Assembly: GCA_963828735.1 (NCBI GenBank)
Contig: CAWHFW010000005.1
Span: forward strand, 2,176,001 to 2,240,000
Direction of reading: 5' to 3'
Origin: an uncultured Gemmatimonadales bacterium
Lineage (GTDB): Bacteria; Gemmatimonadota; Gemmatimonadetes; Gemmatimonadales; GWC2-71-9
Length of the DNA: 64,000 bases
The notes under the pieces were generated by a model. That model saw only the letters and a program-made list of their open reading frames with translations. It was not told where the DNA came from and did no database searches. Positions 1 to 9,224 of this stretch are shown here, piece after piece; positions within the stretch are counted from its first letter, which is position 1; every line of letters begins with the position of its first letter. Position numbers and translations under genes: made by a program.

Positions 1-1205
1 GGGACCTCGCCGCGTACGATGCCTACCTCAAGGGCGAGGCGGTCTCCCAAGGCATGGGCGTCCGGGACGTCCCGACGCTCCTCCGCGCCGACAGCCTCTA
101 CGCTCGGGCGGTGGAGCGGGACCCGACCTTCGGGCTCGCGTGGGCGAGGCTCGCCACCGGGCACGTCCTGGTCTACTACAACGGCATCCCCGATCCCGCC
201 GAGGCCGACGCCGCGCGGCGCGCGCTGGCCCGGGCCGAAGCGCTGGCGCCGGCGGCGCCCGAGACCTTCCTCGCTCGGGTCACCTACGAGGCGGGTATTC
301 CGTTCGACAACGTCGCCGCGCTCGCGGCCGCCGAGCGCGGGCTCGCGCGCACGCCCGACAGTCCCGAGCTGCTGGTGGCGGCGGCGCTGGCCGAGCGCGG
401 GCTCGGCCGCTGGGACGACGCCCTGGCCCACCTCGAGCGCGCCAAGCTGTTCGACCCGCGGTCGTTCGCGGTCGCTGAGCGGCTGGCGCGCATCCTCACC
501 AATCAGCGCCAGTGGGAGCGGGCCCGCGTCGAGCTGGACCGCGCGCTCTCACTGGCGCCGACGGCGCTCAACGCCATCGACCTCAAGGTGTTCACCTATC
601 TCGGCGAGGCCGACACCGCGGGCGCGCGGCGGACCATCGCGGCGGCGGCGCCGCTGGTCGGCCGCCAGACGCTGGCCGCGTTCCTCGCGAGCGTGGGCGA
701 CCTTTACTGGGCCCTGGACCGGGACGACCAGCGGCTGGTCCTCTCGCTTGGTCCCGAGGCCTTCAACGGCGATCGCTCGTCGTGGGGCATGGCGCTGGCC
801 CAGATCTACCGGCTCTTCGGCGATTCGGCCGAGACCCGCGCGTACGCCGATTCTGCGCGCATCGCGCTCGAGGCGCAGCTTCGGGCCGCGCCCAACGATG
901 CCCAGCGCCACGTCATGCTGGGTCTCGCCCTGGCGTATCTGGGCCGGCCGGACGAGGGGATCCGCGAGGGCGAGCGCGGGGTGGCGCTGCTCCCGCTGTC
1001 CAGAGATGCCTACTTCGGTGCCTATCTGCAGCACGTACTGGCCAACACGTATGTCGTCGCGGGCAGGCAGGAGCAGGCCCTCGACCGGATCGAGCGGCTG
1101 CTCGAGATTCCGTATGTTCTGTCCCCCGGGTTGCTCAGCGTGGACCCCATGTTCACGCCGCTCCGCGGCAACCCACGCTTCCGGCGGCTGGTCGAAGGCT
1201 CGTGA
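1..1205 (+). CDS. TPR-repeat protein, 5'-truncated by the window edge (probably the C-terminal part of a Ser/Thr kinase-TolB-like-TPR protein)
   Basis: The frame is open from position 3 (DLAAYDAYLKG..., typical of this family). It has TPR-like helices (AVERDPTFGLAWARLA) and the characteristic end DPMFTPLRGNPRFRRL. Confidence 0.8.
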   Translation, partial: DLAAYDAYLKGEAVSQGMGVRDVPTLLRADSLYARAVERDPTFGLAWARLATGHVLVYYNGIPDPAEADAARRALARAEALAPAAPETFLARVTYEAGIPFDNVAALAAAERGLARTPDSPELLVAAALAERGLGRWDDALAHLERAKLFDPRSFAVAERLARILTNQRQWERARVELDRALSLAPTALNAIDLKVFTYLGEADTAGARRTIAAAAPLVGRQTLAAFLASVGDLYWALDRDDQRLVLSLGPEAFNGDRSSWGMALAQIYRLFGDSAETRAYADSARIALEAQLRAAPNDAQRHVMLGLALAYLGRPDEGIREGERGVALLPLSRDAYFGAYLQHVLANTYVVAGRQEQALDRIERLLEIPYVLSPGLLSVDPMFTPLRGNPRFRRLVEGS

Positions 1206-1245
1206 TGCCGAGTACGTTTGATGCAGTCGAGCCACCGGAGGTCAC

Positions 1246-2040
1246 ATGATCGAGCGCCTGCTCCTCGGCTTCATCACCAACTTCTTCGACACCCTCGGCA
1301 TCGGCTCCTTCGCGCCGACCACGGCCGCGTTTCGCGCGCGGCGCCTGGTAAGCGACGAGCTGATCCCGGGCACCCTCAACGTCGGCCACACGCCGCCCAC
1401 CATCGTGCAGGCCATCATCTACATCACGGTCATCGCCGTGGACCGGTCGACGCTTGCGCTCCTCATCGGCGCATCCGTCGTTGGGGCCTGGTTCGGGGCG
1501 GGCATCGTGAGCGGCTGGGAGAAGCGCCGGGTCCAGCGGGGGATGGCCATCGCACTCCTGGTCACCGCCGGCTTCATCGTGCTCCGCATGACCGGCGTCT
1601 TCCCCGGCGGCGGCGATGCGCTCGGTCTCCGGGGTGTGCCGCTGGTCGCCGCTGTGTTCGGGAATGCGGTGCTGGGCGCCCTGATGACGCTGGGCATCGG
1701 GCTCTACGCCCCGTGCATGGCCATGATCAGCCTCCTCGGCATGAACCCGATCACCGCGTTCCCCATCATGATGGGATCGTGTGCCTTCCTGATGCCGGTG
1801 GCCAGCATCCGTTTCCTGAGGGCCAGGCGATACGACCGGGCCGCGGCGCTAGGCCTGGCGATCGGTGGCATCCCGGGTGTGCTGCTGGCCGCGTTTCTGG
1901 TGAGGTCGCTGCCGCTGGATGCGGTCCGCGTGCTGGTGGTCGTCGTGATCGGCTACACCGCCGCCACGCTCTGGCGGGATGCTCGCCGGGAGACCGAGCC
2001 CGTACGCGCGCCATCGCCTTCCGTGGCCGACGTGGGTTAG
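1246..2040 (+). CDS. TauE/SafE (sulfite exporter) family permease
   Basis: GGAGG RBS before the ATG; multi-TM hydrophobic protein with NFFDTLGIGSFA and GIGLYAPCM repeats. Confidence 0.8.
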   Translation: MIERLLLGFITNFFDTLGIGSFAPTTAAFRARRLVSDELIPGTLNVGHTPPTIVQAIIYITVIAVDRSTLALLIGASVVGAWFGAGIVSGWEKRRVQRGMAIALLVTAGFIVLRMTGVFPGGGDALGLRGVPLVAAVFGNAVLGALMTLGIGLYAPCMAMISLLGMNPITAFPIMMGSCAFLMPVASIRFLRARRYDRAAALGLAIGGIPGVLLAAFLVRSLPLDAVRVLVVVVIGYTAATLWRDARRETEPVRAPSPSVADVG

Positions 2041-2108
2041 TCCCCTCCCGACAATGACTACGACCCCGCTGGTGTCCGATTCGGGAGTGCCGCCCGCCGG
2101 TCACGCGG

Positions 2109-2198
2109 CCGCGGTATTCGTGGTTGAACAACGTCGTCGCCGTCGGCGTGTATCGAGGTGGCGGGAAGTTTGCTTATCGCATCTACCAGATTCTGTAG
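2109..2198 (+). pseudogene. Start-less 3' remnant resembling the C-terminus of DUF3237 proteins
   Basis: Translates PRYSWLNNVVAVGVYRGGGKFAYRIYQIL*; no ATG between the in-frame stop at 2055-2057 and this segment. Confidence 0.5.
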
Positions 2199-2347
2199 GC
2201 GAGGTTCAGGCGGCCCGGCCTGACGGGCGCGCGATCTCCCGGTCCCGTGGGACACACTACCTTTCCCACAGTTGACGCAAACCATCCCCCCGCCGCATGC
2301 TTAAATGACCAGCAAGAGAACGGCCCATGGGACAACGGGAGGTGATC

Positions 2348-2848
2348 ATGTCCGCCAAGAGTGTGCTCGAGGTCCACGAGATGTCGGCTGACGGCGGTGA
2401 CCAGCTTAACCGGATAATCGCAAAGCATAAGGACGCCGTGGCGGCGGCGAAGGCGGCGGCCGAACAACGGGCCCGTAACGACGCGAACGCCCGGCACGAC
2501 TGCGAGGCGCCGCTCCGCAGAGTAGTGTTGCCGCTGCTTCGAGATTGGTCGGAGCGGCTCGCGGTCGAGGGATACCCGACGAGCGTCGAGGACCGGCTGG
2601 GCTGTCGTCCCTCCAGCCTGGTATTTCGGCTGGCGCCTCACGGGGGCCCGGAATCCTCCCTGACGTTTGGGTGCGTGGCTGGCCCGGCGGTACGCTTCCG
2701 ATTGAACGTCGATGGCAAGGACCTCGAGGGCGATTTGCAGACCCCGCTCGCCGAGCTGCAGCCCAGTGACGTTCTCGAGGGACTGGGCCGCTTCGTGGCG
2801 GCGGCGCTGGCGGCGTCCATACCGAAAAGAAGTGACTGCGGGCCGTGA
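2348..2848 (+). CDS. Hypothetical protein
   Basis: GGAGGTG RBS before the ATG at 2348; protein-like composition; possible TTGACG -35 element at 2272. Confidence 0.65.
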   Translation: MSAKSVLEVHEMSADGGDQLNRIIAKHKDAVAAAKAAAEQRARNDANARHDCEAPLRRVVLPLLRDWSERLAVEGYPTSVEDRLGCRPSSLVFRLAPHGGPESSLTFGCVAGPAVRFRLNVDGKDLEGDLQTPLAELQPSDVLEGLGRFVAAALAASIPKRSDCGP

Positions 2849-2855
2849 CCTAGCG

Positions 2856-3149
2856 CTACTGCCCGCCCGGCGCCTCGCGCACGGTGATGGTGAGCCACTC
2901 CCGATAGTCCACGTCCTCGGCCGCCTCCGTCTTGCTCGACCCCGAGTCCCCCGGCATCTCGAGCTCGCCGTAGCCGAGCATGTCGAGCGACGTCATCCCG
3001 GGATCGAGGTCCATCGTCATCCTGCCGTTGCCGTGCTGGCCTGGCCTGGCTTGGCTTCGTGGCTCGACTGGCTTCACCCCGAGCGAGGCGGTTTTTCCGG
3101 CCCTTCGGGCAGAAGCCACCAGGGTAGCGCTCGCCTCCATACCGTTCAC
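2856..3149 (-). CDS. Possible small hypothetical protein or gene remnant
   Basis: ORF fills an otherwise empty gap and has a GGGGAG upstream; only the C-terminal half looks protein-like. Confidence 0.3.
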   Translation of the reverse strand: MNGMEASATLVASARRAGKTASLGVKPVEPRSQARPGQHGNGRMTMDLDPGMTSLDMLGYGELEMPGDSGSSKTEAAEDVDYREWLTITVREAPGGQ

Positions 3150-3184
3150 ACTCTCCCCAACGACCCGTCCGACTCGCCACCGCC

Positions 3185-3211
3185 CGTCGAATTCCGCGGT
3201 CCTCGTTCGAC
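3185..3211 (+). promoter_or_regulatory. Putative ECF42-type promoter of the DGPF/YciI gene
   Basis: CGTCGA-17 nt-CGAC, one mismatch to the TGTCGA...CGA/TC motif known for ECF42 targets, which are typically DGPF genes. Confidence 0.45.
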
Positions 3212-3275
3212 GTGGTGGTAGAGGCGCGAGCAGATATCCTGCGGTCGGTATCCACCCTTCTGGGAGACCCCGTCA

Positions 3276-3635
3276 ATGAAGTGTCTCATGCTCATCAAAC
3301 ATTCGGAGAGCCACCGGGGAGAGCCGATCCCCCAGGGCCTGATGGACGCCATGGGCGAGTTCGTCGCCGAGGGCTTCAAGACCGGCGTCCTGAAGGATAC
3401 GGCGGGCCTCAAGGGGACGGCCGAGGGCTTCCGGGTTCGCTCGAGCGGGAATCGGCTCACGGCGACGGACGGACCATTCACCGAGGCGAAGGAGATCGTG
3501 GGCGGGTATGCGATGGTGGAGGTCGCCTCCAAGGAAGAGGCGCTCAAGTTCGCACGCCAATTCATGGAGCTGCACCGCGTGCACTGGCCGTCCTTCGAGT
3601 GTGAGTGCGAGGTCCGGCCGGTCGAGGATATGTAG
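3276..3635 (+). CDS. YciI/DGPF (DGPFAETKE) family protein
   Basis: Motif TDGPFTEAKEIVGGY and C-terminal EVRPV; GGGAG RBS. Confidence 0.92.
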   Translation: MKCLMLIKHSESHRGEPIPQGLMDAMGEFVAEGFKTGVLKDTAGLKGTAEGFRVRSSGNRLTATDGPFTEAKEIVGGYAMVEVASKEEALKFARQFMELHRVHWPSFECECEVRPVEDM

Positions 3636-3654
3636 CGGGGCGCCGACGGGCCAT

Positions 3655-3699
3655 CGCGTCGGCCTGGTTTCGTGTGCTATTACCTGACAGGGAGAATCG
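3655..3699 (+). repeat. Copy A of a 45-bp imperfect direct repeat
   Basis: 39/45 identical to 5594-5638, with the last 18 nt (ACCTGACAGGGAGAATCG) exact. Confidence 0.85.
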
Positions 3700-3761
3700 A
3701 CTCGAGAGTCGCGTCTCCCGACTGCGGTTTACGGTTTCCGCGCATCATGCCCACCGACAGG

Positions 3762-5153
3762 TCACCGGGGAAGTGCAGTCGCGCCTCCCGGCAGGACCAT
3801 CGGTGGCCGCGGTGCCTGGTTGAAATCGAAATCCTGGGTGAGGTCACCGAGCACGGGGACGTCCTCCCGCACCGTGGGCCGGGGATCCGGCCTGCCGTCG
3901 GTCTGCGGATCGATCCGCTGGCTCCCCAGAAAATCGTCCTCGATGAACTTCACGTAGGCGTCGAAGCTCAGGGTCTGGTGGTCGATGTACCCCTTTCTGG
4001 CATAGGGGCTGATCACGAGCCCGGGGACCCTGAGACCGTAGCCGTTCACATCGACGCTGGGCGGGGGGACGTGGTCGTAGAAGCCACCCCAGTCATCCCA
4101 GGACAGGAAGATCGCGGTGCTGTTCCAGGCTGGGCTCTGCATGATGGCATTGATGAGCCCGGTGACGTAGGCCTGTCCGGTGCTGACCAGCGCCGGAGGA
4201 TGCTCGCTCACCGCGCCGTTCGGCACGACCCAGCTCACGGCAGGGAGGGTGCCGGCCTGGACGTCGGCGAAGAAGTTGTCCAGCGTCTGGACGTTTCCCA
4301 CCTCGCTGTCCTGGCGCACCGTGGTGAACGAGGGCAGCGGGTTCCAGATCCCCGGTGTCCCGGCGGACTGCGGATCGGGGGGGCAGGTCATCGCGCCGTC
4401 GTCGTCGCAGTCGGGCTCGGTGCCTTCCGCCACATAGTACTTCCAGCTCACCTTGGCCTTGTGCAGCAGGTAGGTGAGGTCGGTCCAGGCGTAGGGGGCT
4501 GGCGACCCGGCGGTCCGGCTGGGACCCTGCGGCCTATCGAGCTCGTTGATGCAGCTCATGGGGTTGTCCACCTGGCTGCATTTGGCCGACCACTCCGACA
4601 CCATGAAGAGGTGCTCGGGCAGGCTCCAGGACGCGTTGGGCTCGAACATGTGATCCTGCAGCACGAAGTTCGTGGCGTACGCCCAGTAGTTCGGGATCTC
4701 GCGCTGGTCGTGGTATCCCATGACATCGGTCGGGCCGGTGGCCCGACAGGGCGGCAACCCCGACGCGTTGCAGGTGGTGCCCATCTTCTTCTCGGCCCGC
4801 GAGATGAACCCGTCCATCCGCCCGCCGTCGATGTCCATGGAGGCGTCGCCCGCTGCATGGGGTCCGCCGCGGTTCAGGTCCGCCGAGTCGTGAAAAGGCA
4901 CGACGCACCTGCCCAGCTCGGAGTCCGGCACGCACGCCGCAGGGACTCCGCTCAGCATGGGGATGCCTTCGGCGCCCGGGAAGGTGCCGAAATAGCTGTC
5001 GAACGATCGGTTCTCCTGCATGATGACCACCACGTGCTGGATCTTGTGGATCGCGGCGGGAGCCGTAGGAACCTTGGGCACCGAATGCGGTGCGTTCGAG
5101 TCGTTGCAGGCGAGGACGAGCAGCAGGAAGGCCGGACGTGGGAGGCGGGACAT
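3762..5153 (-). CDS. Phosphoesterase / phospholipase C-acid phosphatase (AcpA/PlcH) family lipoprotein
   Basis: [36 protein letters not shown] and GLRVP motifs; lipobox LVLAC. Confidence 0.92.
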   Translation of the reverse strand: MSRLPRPAFLLLVLACNDSNAPHSVPKVPTAPAAIHKIQHVVVIMQENRSFDSYFGTFPGAEGIPMLSGVPAACVPDSELGRCVVPFHDSADLNRGGPHAAGDASMDIDGGRMDGFISRAEKKMGTTCNASGLPPCRATGPTDVMGYHDQREIPNYWAYATNFVLQDHMFEPNASWSLPEHLFMVSEWSAKCSQVDNPMSCINELDRPQGPSRTAGSPAPYAWTDLTYLLHKAKVSWKYYVAEGTEPDCDDDGAMTCPPDPQSAGTPGIWNPLPSFTTVRQDSEVGNVQTLDNFFADVQAGTLPAVSWVVPNGAVSEHPPALVSTGQAYVTGLINAIMQSPAWNSTAIFLSWDDWGGFYDHVPPPSVDVNGYGLRVPGLVISPYARKGYIDHQTLSFDAYVKFIEDDFLGSQRIDPQTDGRPDPRPTVREDVPVLGDLTQDFDFNQAPRPPMVLPGGATALPR

Positions 5154-5361
5154 GGCAACGCTCACCGTGTCGGCGCACGGCTCCCGGTTGGTGGCCTATG
5201 GCGTTGTGCCACGGGAGGGTCGAGCGCCTCCTCCTCTAGATTATCCGATCCGCCGAGTCGTCGCGCGCCGCCATCCGCACCCGTCCGGCGGGACGCGGCG
5301 GGAGACAATCTTGGCCTCCCACCGCATTATCATTCGTGGACATGGGCTCATGGAGCGTCCT

Positions 5362-5541
5362 ATGTCGTTGACTCTCTCGGACGATGACGCAGTTCTCTTG
5401 CGAGACCTTTTGGCCGACTACCTCCCGTCGCTGAGGCGCGAGGTGGCGCGGACCGAGCAGCGCACCATGCGACACGCGCTGGCCGAGCGGCAGGACCTGG
5501 CGGAGCGACTTCTTCAGCAGCTCGAGCAGCCGACGGCCTGA
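5362..5541 (+). CDS. Small hypothetical helical protein (59 aa)
   Basis: GGAG 6 nt before the ATG; MSLTLSDDDAVLLRDLLADYLPSLRREVARTE... forms amphipathic helices. Confidence 0.7.
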   Translation: MSLTLSDDDAVLLRDLLADYLPSLRREVARTEQRTMRHALAERQDLAERLLQQLEQPTA

Positions 5542-5593
5542 GATCCCGGCGACAGGCTGAATCGTGAACACGGCAGCCGGTGTGGGCGGTCGC

Positions 5594-5638
5594 CGCGTCG
5601 GCCGGACTTCGTGTGCCGTGACCTGACAGGGAGAATCG
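5594..5638 (+). repeat. Copy B of the 45-bp direct repeat (msrA 5' leader including its RBS)
   Basis: See copy A; it ends 3 nt before the msrA ATG. Confidence 0.85.
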
Positions 5639-5641
5639 GAA

Positions 5642-6178
5642 ATGAACAGTGAAGAGAGGGCCACTCGCTCGGCCGTGGCCGGCGCGCAGCAGACCGAGGT
5701 CGCCGTACTCGCCGGGGGCTGCTTCTGGGGAGTAGAAGAGATCCTGCGCGGCGTGCCCGGCGTACTCGACACCGACGTCGGCTACACCGGCGGCTGGATG
5801 GAGAACCCGACCTACGACGATACGCATGACAGCAAGTCGGGTCACGCGGAAGCCATCCGGGTGACGTTCGACCCCTCGGTGCTCGACTACGAGGACCTGC
5901 TCGAGCAGTGGTTCTTCCGCCTGCACGACCCGACCACGCTCAACCGCCAGGGCAACGACCTCGGAACCCAGTACCGCTCGGCGATCTTTCCGCAGACCCC
6001 CGAGCAGCGGAGCGCGGCCGAGCGGGTCATCCAGCGCGTCCAGGCCTCGGGCCGGTGGAAGCGCCCGATCACGACGACCATCGAGCCCGCCTCCACCTGG
6101 TACAGCGCCGAGGCGTACCACCAGGACTACCTGCGCAAGCACCCGGGCGGATATAGCTGCCACTACCTGCGCGACTAG
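5642..6178 (+). CDS. msrA: Peptide-methionine (S)-S-oxide reductase MsrA
   Basis: GCFWG catalytic motif, GHAE, RQGNDLGTQYRSAIF, AEAYHQDY. Confidence 0.97.
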   Translation: MNSEERATRSAVAGAQQTEVAVLAGGCFWGVEEILRGVPGVLDTDVGYTGGWMENPTYDDTHDSKSGHAEAIRVTFDPSVLDYEDLLEQWFFRLHDPTTLNRQGNDLGTQYRSAIFPQTPEQRSAAERVIQRVQASGRWKRPITTTIEPASTWYSAEAYHQDYLRKHPGGYSCHYLRD

Positions 6179-6284
6179 CTCAGTCGGTCGCGGGCCGGGG
6201 GTGCCCGAGTCTGCCGGGGTGGTGAGGCATCAGCGAAGGCCGCTGCATGCCGAGCCACCCCTTTCTGTATGCGGGCGAGATCGG

Positions 6285-7406
6285 TCAGCGTTCGACGATC
6301 GCGGAATCCGGCGGCAACGGACCGGGTGGGGGCAGGGGGGGAGGCGTCCACGCGATAACGGTGAGCCGTGCCCCGTCGACGCTGGTCTCCGCCATCGTGA
6401 TCGTATGGTCCCCGGCACTCTCGAGAGGTGATCCCGGCATTCCGGCAACGGGGGTCGGAGGTCCCGGGTATCGCAGCGCCTCCACCCGCATGCTGAACTC
6501 GAAGCGGAACTGGGCCGCCTCGCAGCGGAACTCCGCCCAGTCGAACGTCGCGCGGTCGGCGCTGCACGATCCGCCCGATGCCTCGAGCGCGTTCGACTGA
6601 CTCCCTTCGACGGCATACCAGGTCCCTGCGTCTTCGACCAGGTACTCACCCATGAAGCCGGGGTAGCCGCCGCCGCGTCCGCCTCCGGTGCTCCCGCCGC
6701 TCCCGCTTCCGGTGCCCCCGCTTCCGGTGCTCCCGCCTCCAGCACTCCCACCTCCACCGCTCCCGCCTCCGGCCGAGTCGCCTGGGACCGGCGGCGAAGC
6801 GGGCTGAGGCGGTTCGGCGGGGACTGGGTTCGTGGGCAGTCCCGTCATCACGTCCGGAACGTTCGTTCCAACATCATTGCTCCCGGCGTCGGCCACGATG
6901 CGCACCACCTCGGCCATGCGCTCGGGCTCCCAGGCGATCAGCGTCCGCATCGAGAACGTGCCGACGTCGACGCACTCGCCGGGTGAGCCCGGAGACGGAG
7001 GGGTCATGCTGTCCATGGCCATGGGCATCGGATCGGTCGCGCCGCTGTCGCCCGGCTGAACGATGACCGTGTCGCCCGGAGGCGCGACTCCACTGTCCGA
7101 CGGCCAGGTGCACTGGAGGGTCGGAATGTCGAGCTGTTCGGCTACCGCGAGGAAGCTCCGGCTCGCGCCGTCGATGGTGAGCGTGACCGGTGTCGCATGG
7201 CCCGTCAGGCGCACGATTTCGGCGGCGTGCCGGAGTGCCTCGGCGGTGGCGGATAGCCCGGCGCCGCCCACCGAGTCCGCGAGCCGCTCGAACTGGCTGG
7301 CCAGACGCGCCCCGTCGTTGTCGTCCGGCGGAGCGGTTCCCCCGTCGCCGCAGCCCATCGCGCCGAGCAGTGCCGCTCCCAGCAGCCATCGAGCGCGTTG
7401 CCGCAT
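6285..7406 (-). CDS. Hypothetical lipoprotein with Gly/Ser- and Pro-rich linkers
   Basis: Signal peptide with lipobox-like GAMGC; GGAGG RBS; low-complexity GGGS tract. Confidence 0.75.
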   Translation of the reverse strand: MRQRARWLLGAALLGAMGCGDGGTAPPDDNDGARLASQFERLADSVGGAGLSATAEALRHAAEIVRLTGHATPVTLTIDGASRSFLAVAEQLDIPTLQCTWPSDSGVAPPGDTVIVQPGDSGATDPMPMAMDSMTPPSPGSPGECVDVGTFSMRTLIAWEPERMAEVVRIVADAGSNDVGTNVPDVMTGLPTNPVPAEPPQPASPPVPGDSAGGGSGGGGSAGGGSTGSGGTGSGSGGSTGGGRGGGYPGFMGEYLVEDAGTWYAVEGSQSNALEASGGSCSADRATFDWAEFRCEAAQFRFEFSMRVEALRYPGPPTPVAGMPGSPLESAGDHTITMAETSVDGARLTVIAWTPPPLPPPGPLPPDSAIVER

Positions 7407-7687
7407 AAAGCCTCCGGGTCAGATCGTGCTAGCCACGCTTCGCCACACTCCTCATAATGGGGGGCGAACGCGACGTCGTCGAGATGGCGAGGGAGAACCG
7501 CACGCCAGCCTGAAACATTGGGGCTGATCCGATCCCGGAGGCGCCGGATGACCAGGGCATGGAGCGAAACGTGGTCGAGCCGATGGGAGGTCGCGCCGGC
7601 GGCCTCTCTCCATGGCGGTCGAAATGGCTCGGCCCGCTCGGGGGAGGCCTCGTCGGCCCGCGGCGTGGCGAGCGGCATGACGAGCAC

Positions 7688-8506
7688 ATGATGCGGACGA
7701 GCCGGACCGGAGCCCTTCCCGCCGACGTGGGAGACCGCGCCGACGCCGCCTTCGTCACCCACGTGAGCTGGGCCCTCGACCGTACGCCGCGCATGTCGAC
7801 GCAGATCACCCCCGAGCTGGTGCTCGCCGATTCGGGCCTGCGCTGCGACACCTTCAATTTCATCTGCCGGGCGCGCCTCACGCCGGAGACGATGCGGGCC
7901 GCGGCGGCAGAGGCGCTCGCATACTTCGCGCGCGTCCAGCGCCCCTTCTCCTGGTGGGTAGGCCCCGCGGACCGCCCAGGCGATCTCGGCGCGGTCCTCG
8001 AGCAGCTCGGCCTGGAGCGAGTGGAGACCGAGCTCGCGATGGCGCTGCCGCTGGCGTCGCTCCCCGCCACTGCGCCCGACGTTCCTGGTCTGGAGGTGCG
8101 CCGCGTCAGGACGCGAGACGAGCTGGACGTGCTGGCGCGGCTCGCAGCCGCCAACTGGACCCCGCCCGATCCGAACGTGCGGGAGTTCTATCGCCGCACG
8201 GCCGACGCGCTGCTCGACCCCGCTTCGCCGCAATGGTTCTACCTCGGCTGGTTGGATGGCGAGCCGGTGGCCACGGCGGAGGCCGCCGTGCACGCCGGGA
8301 CGGTCGCGCTGTTCGGCATCGCCACGCTGCCGCCGTTCCGCGGGCGCCGTATCGGCTCCCGGATGACCTGGCAACCGCTGCATGACGCGGCCGCCGTGGG
8401 GTGTGATCTCGGTGTCCTGCAGGCGGCCGAGGAGGGCGTCGGCCTCTATCGCCGGCTCGGCTTCGAGGCCTTTGGAGGGATCACGGAGTACAAACCCACC
8501 TACTGA
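7688..8506 (+). CDS. GNAT family N-acetyltransferase (start uncertain, ORF open from 7559)
   Basis: IATLPPFRGRRIGS acetyl-CoA motif; LYRRLGF. Confidence 0.88.
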   Translation: MMRTSRTGALPADVGDRADAAFVTHVSWALDRTPRMSTQITPELVLADSGLRCDTFNFICRARLTPETMRAAAAEALAYFARVQRPFSWWVGPADRPGDLGAVLEQLGLERVETELAMALPLASLPATAPDVPGLEVRRVRTRDELDVLARLAAANWTPPDPNVREFYRRTADALLDPASPQWFYLGWLDGEPVATAEAAVHAGTVALFGIATLPPFRGRRIGSRMTWQPLHDAAAVGCDLGVLQAAEEGVGLYRRLGFEAFGGITEYKPTY

Positions 8507-8527
8507 GGTGGGGCGCAGGTGTTCGGG

Positions 8528-8989
8528 TCAGAGCGCGAGCTCCAGCGTCATGAACACGCTGTTCGGATCCTCCCGGTAATCCCCGAACGGCCCGCACTCT
8601 ACGAACCCGTGGCGCGCGTACAGCGCTCGCGCTGGCACGAAGTACGGCCACGAACCCGTCTCCAGGCTGAGCCGCGTCATTCGCCGCGCCCGTGCCGCCG
8701 CCATGATGTGCCCCAACATCGCCGATCCCACGCCCTGCCCGCGCGCCGCCTCGGCGGTGTGCATGGACTTGATCTCGCCGTGCTCGGCGCTCAGTCGCTT
8801 GAGCGCGCCGACCCCCACCACCGCGTCGCTCTCCCACGCGGACCAGAAGGTCACGTCGGGCCCCTGGAGGGCCGAGAGGTCGAGCGCGTGCGCGCTCCCG
8901 GGCGCGGTCTCCGCACGAGCGCGCGTCACGTGGGTTTCGAGCAGCTCGACGACACGTGAATCGTCGAGGCCACCTTCGACGATATGCAT
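8528..8989 (-). CDS. GNAT family N-acetyltransferase (YsnE/YedL-like)
   Basis: HALDLSAL, GEIKSMHTAEAARGQGVG, LSLETGS, YREDPNSVFM. Confidence 0.92.
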   Translation of the reverse strand: MHIVEGGLDDSRVVELLETHVTRARAETAPGSAHALDLSALQGPDVTFWSAWESDAVVGVGALKRLSAEHGEIKSMHTAEAARGQGVGSAMLGHIMAAARARRMTRLSLETGSWPYFVPARALYARHGFVECGPFGDYREDPNSVFMTLELAL

Positions 8990-8994
8990 GAGGG

Positions 8995-9102
8995 CTACGC
9001 TTTCGCCGGGATGACAACGATCTCGACGAGCCCGCCGGGCCGGATGCGCCGGGGGACCACGAGCACCATCAGCCCGACCTCGTGGGTCGTGCGACTGATC
9101 AT
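8995..9102 (-). pseudogene. 35-codon sORF whose end resembles a RidA/YjgF C-terminus
   Basis: MISRTTHEVGLMVLVVPRRIRPGGLVEIVVIPAKA*; purine-rich AAGGAAGGA/GAGGG upstream. Confidence 0.3.
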
Positions 9103-9224
9103 GAAGCCCTCGGGACGGTCCTTCCTTAGTATAGCTCCGGCCGCTTTCCCCTTCCGCATGCGACGTGGCGCGAGGCAGATTGGTGGAGTCTCGGGGGAGG
9201 CGGCCTGCGCGAGGAGCGGACCAC

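Noticed and set aside
2270..2290. GACGCAAACC resembling part of a c-di-GMP-I riboswitch
   Set aside because: No upstream GCAAA/GAAA-tetraloop stem; better explained as a TTGACG promoter element.
6670..6780. Short tandem repeats considered as a CRISPR or VNTR
   Set aside because: They are degenerate codon repeats encoding a Gly/Ser linker, with no spacers and no cas genes.
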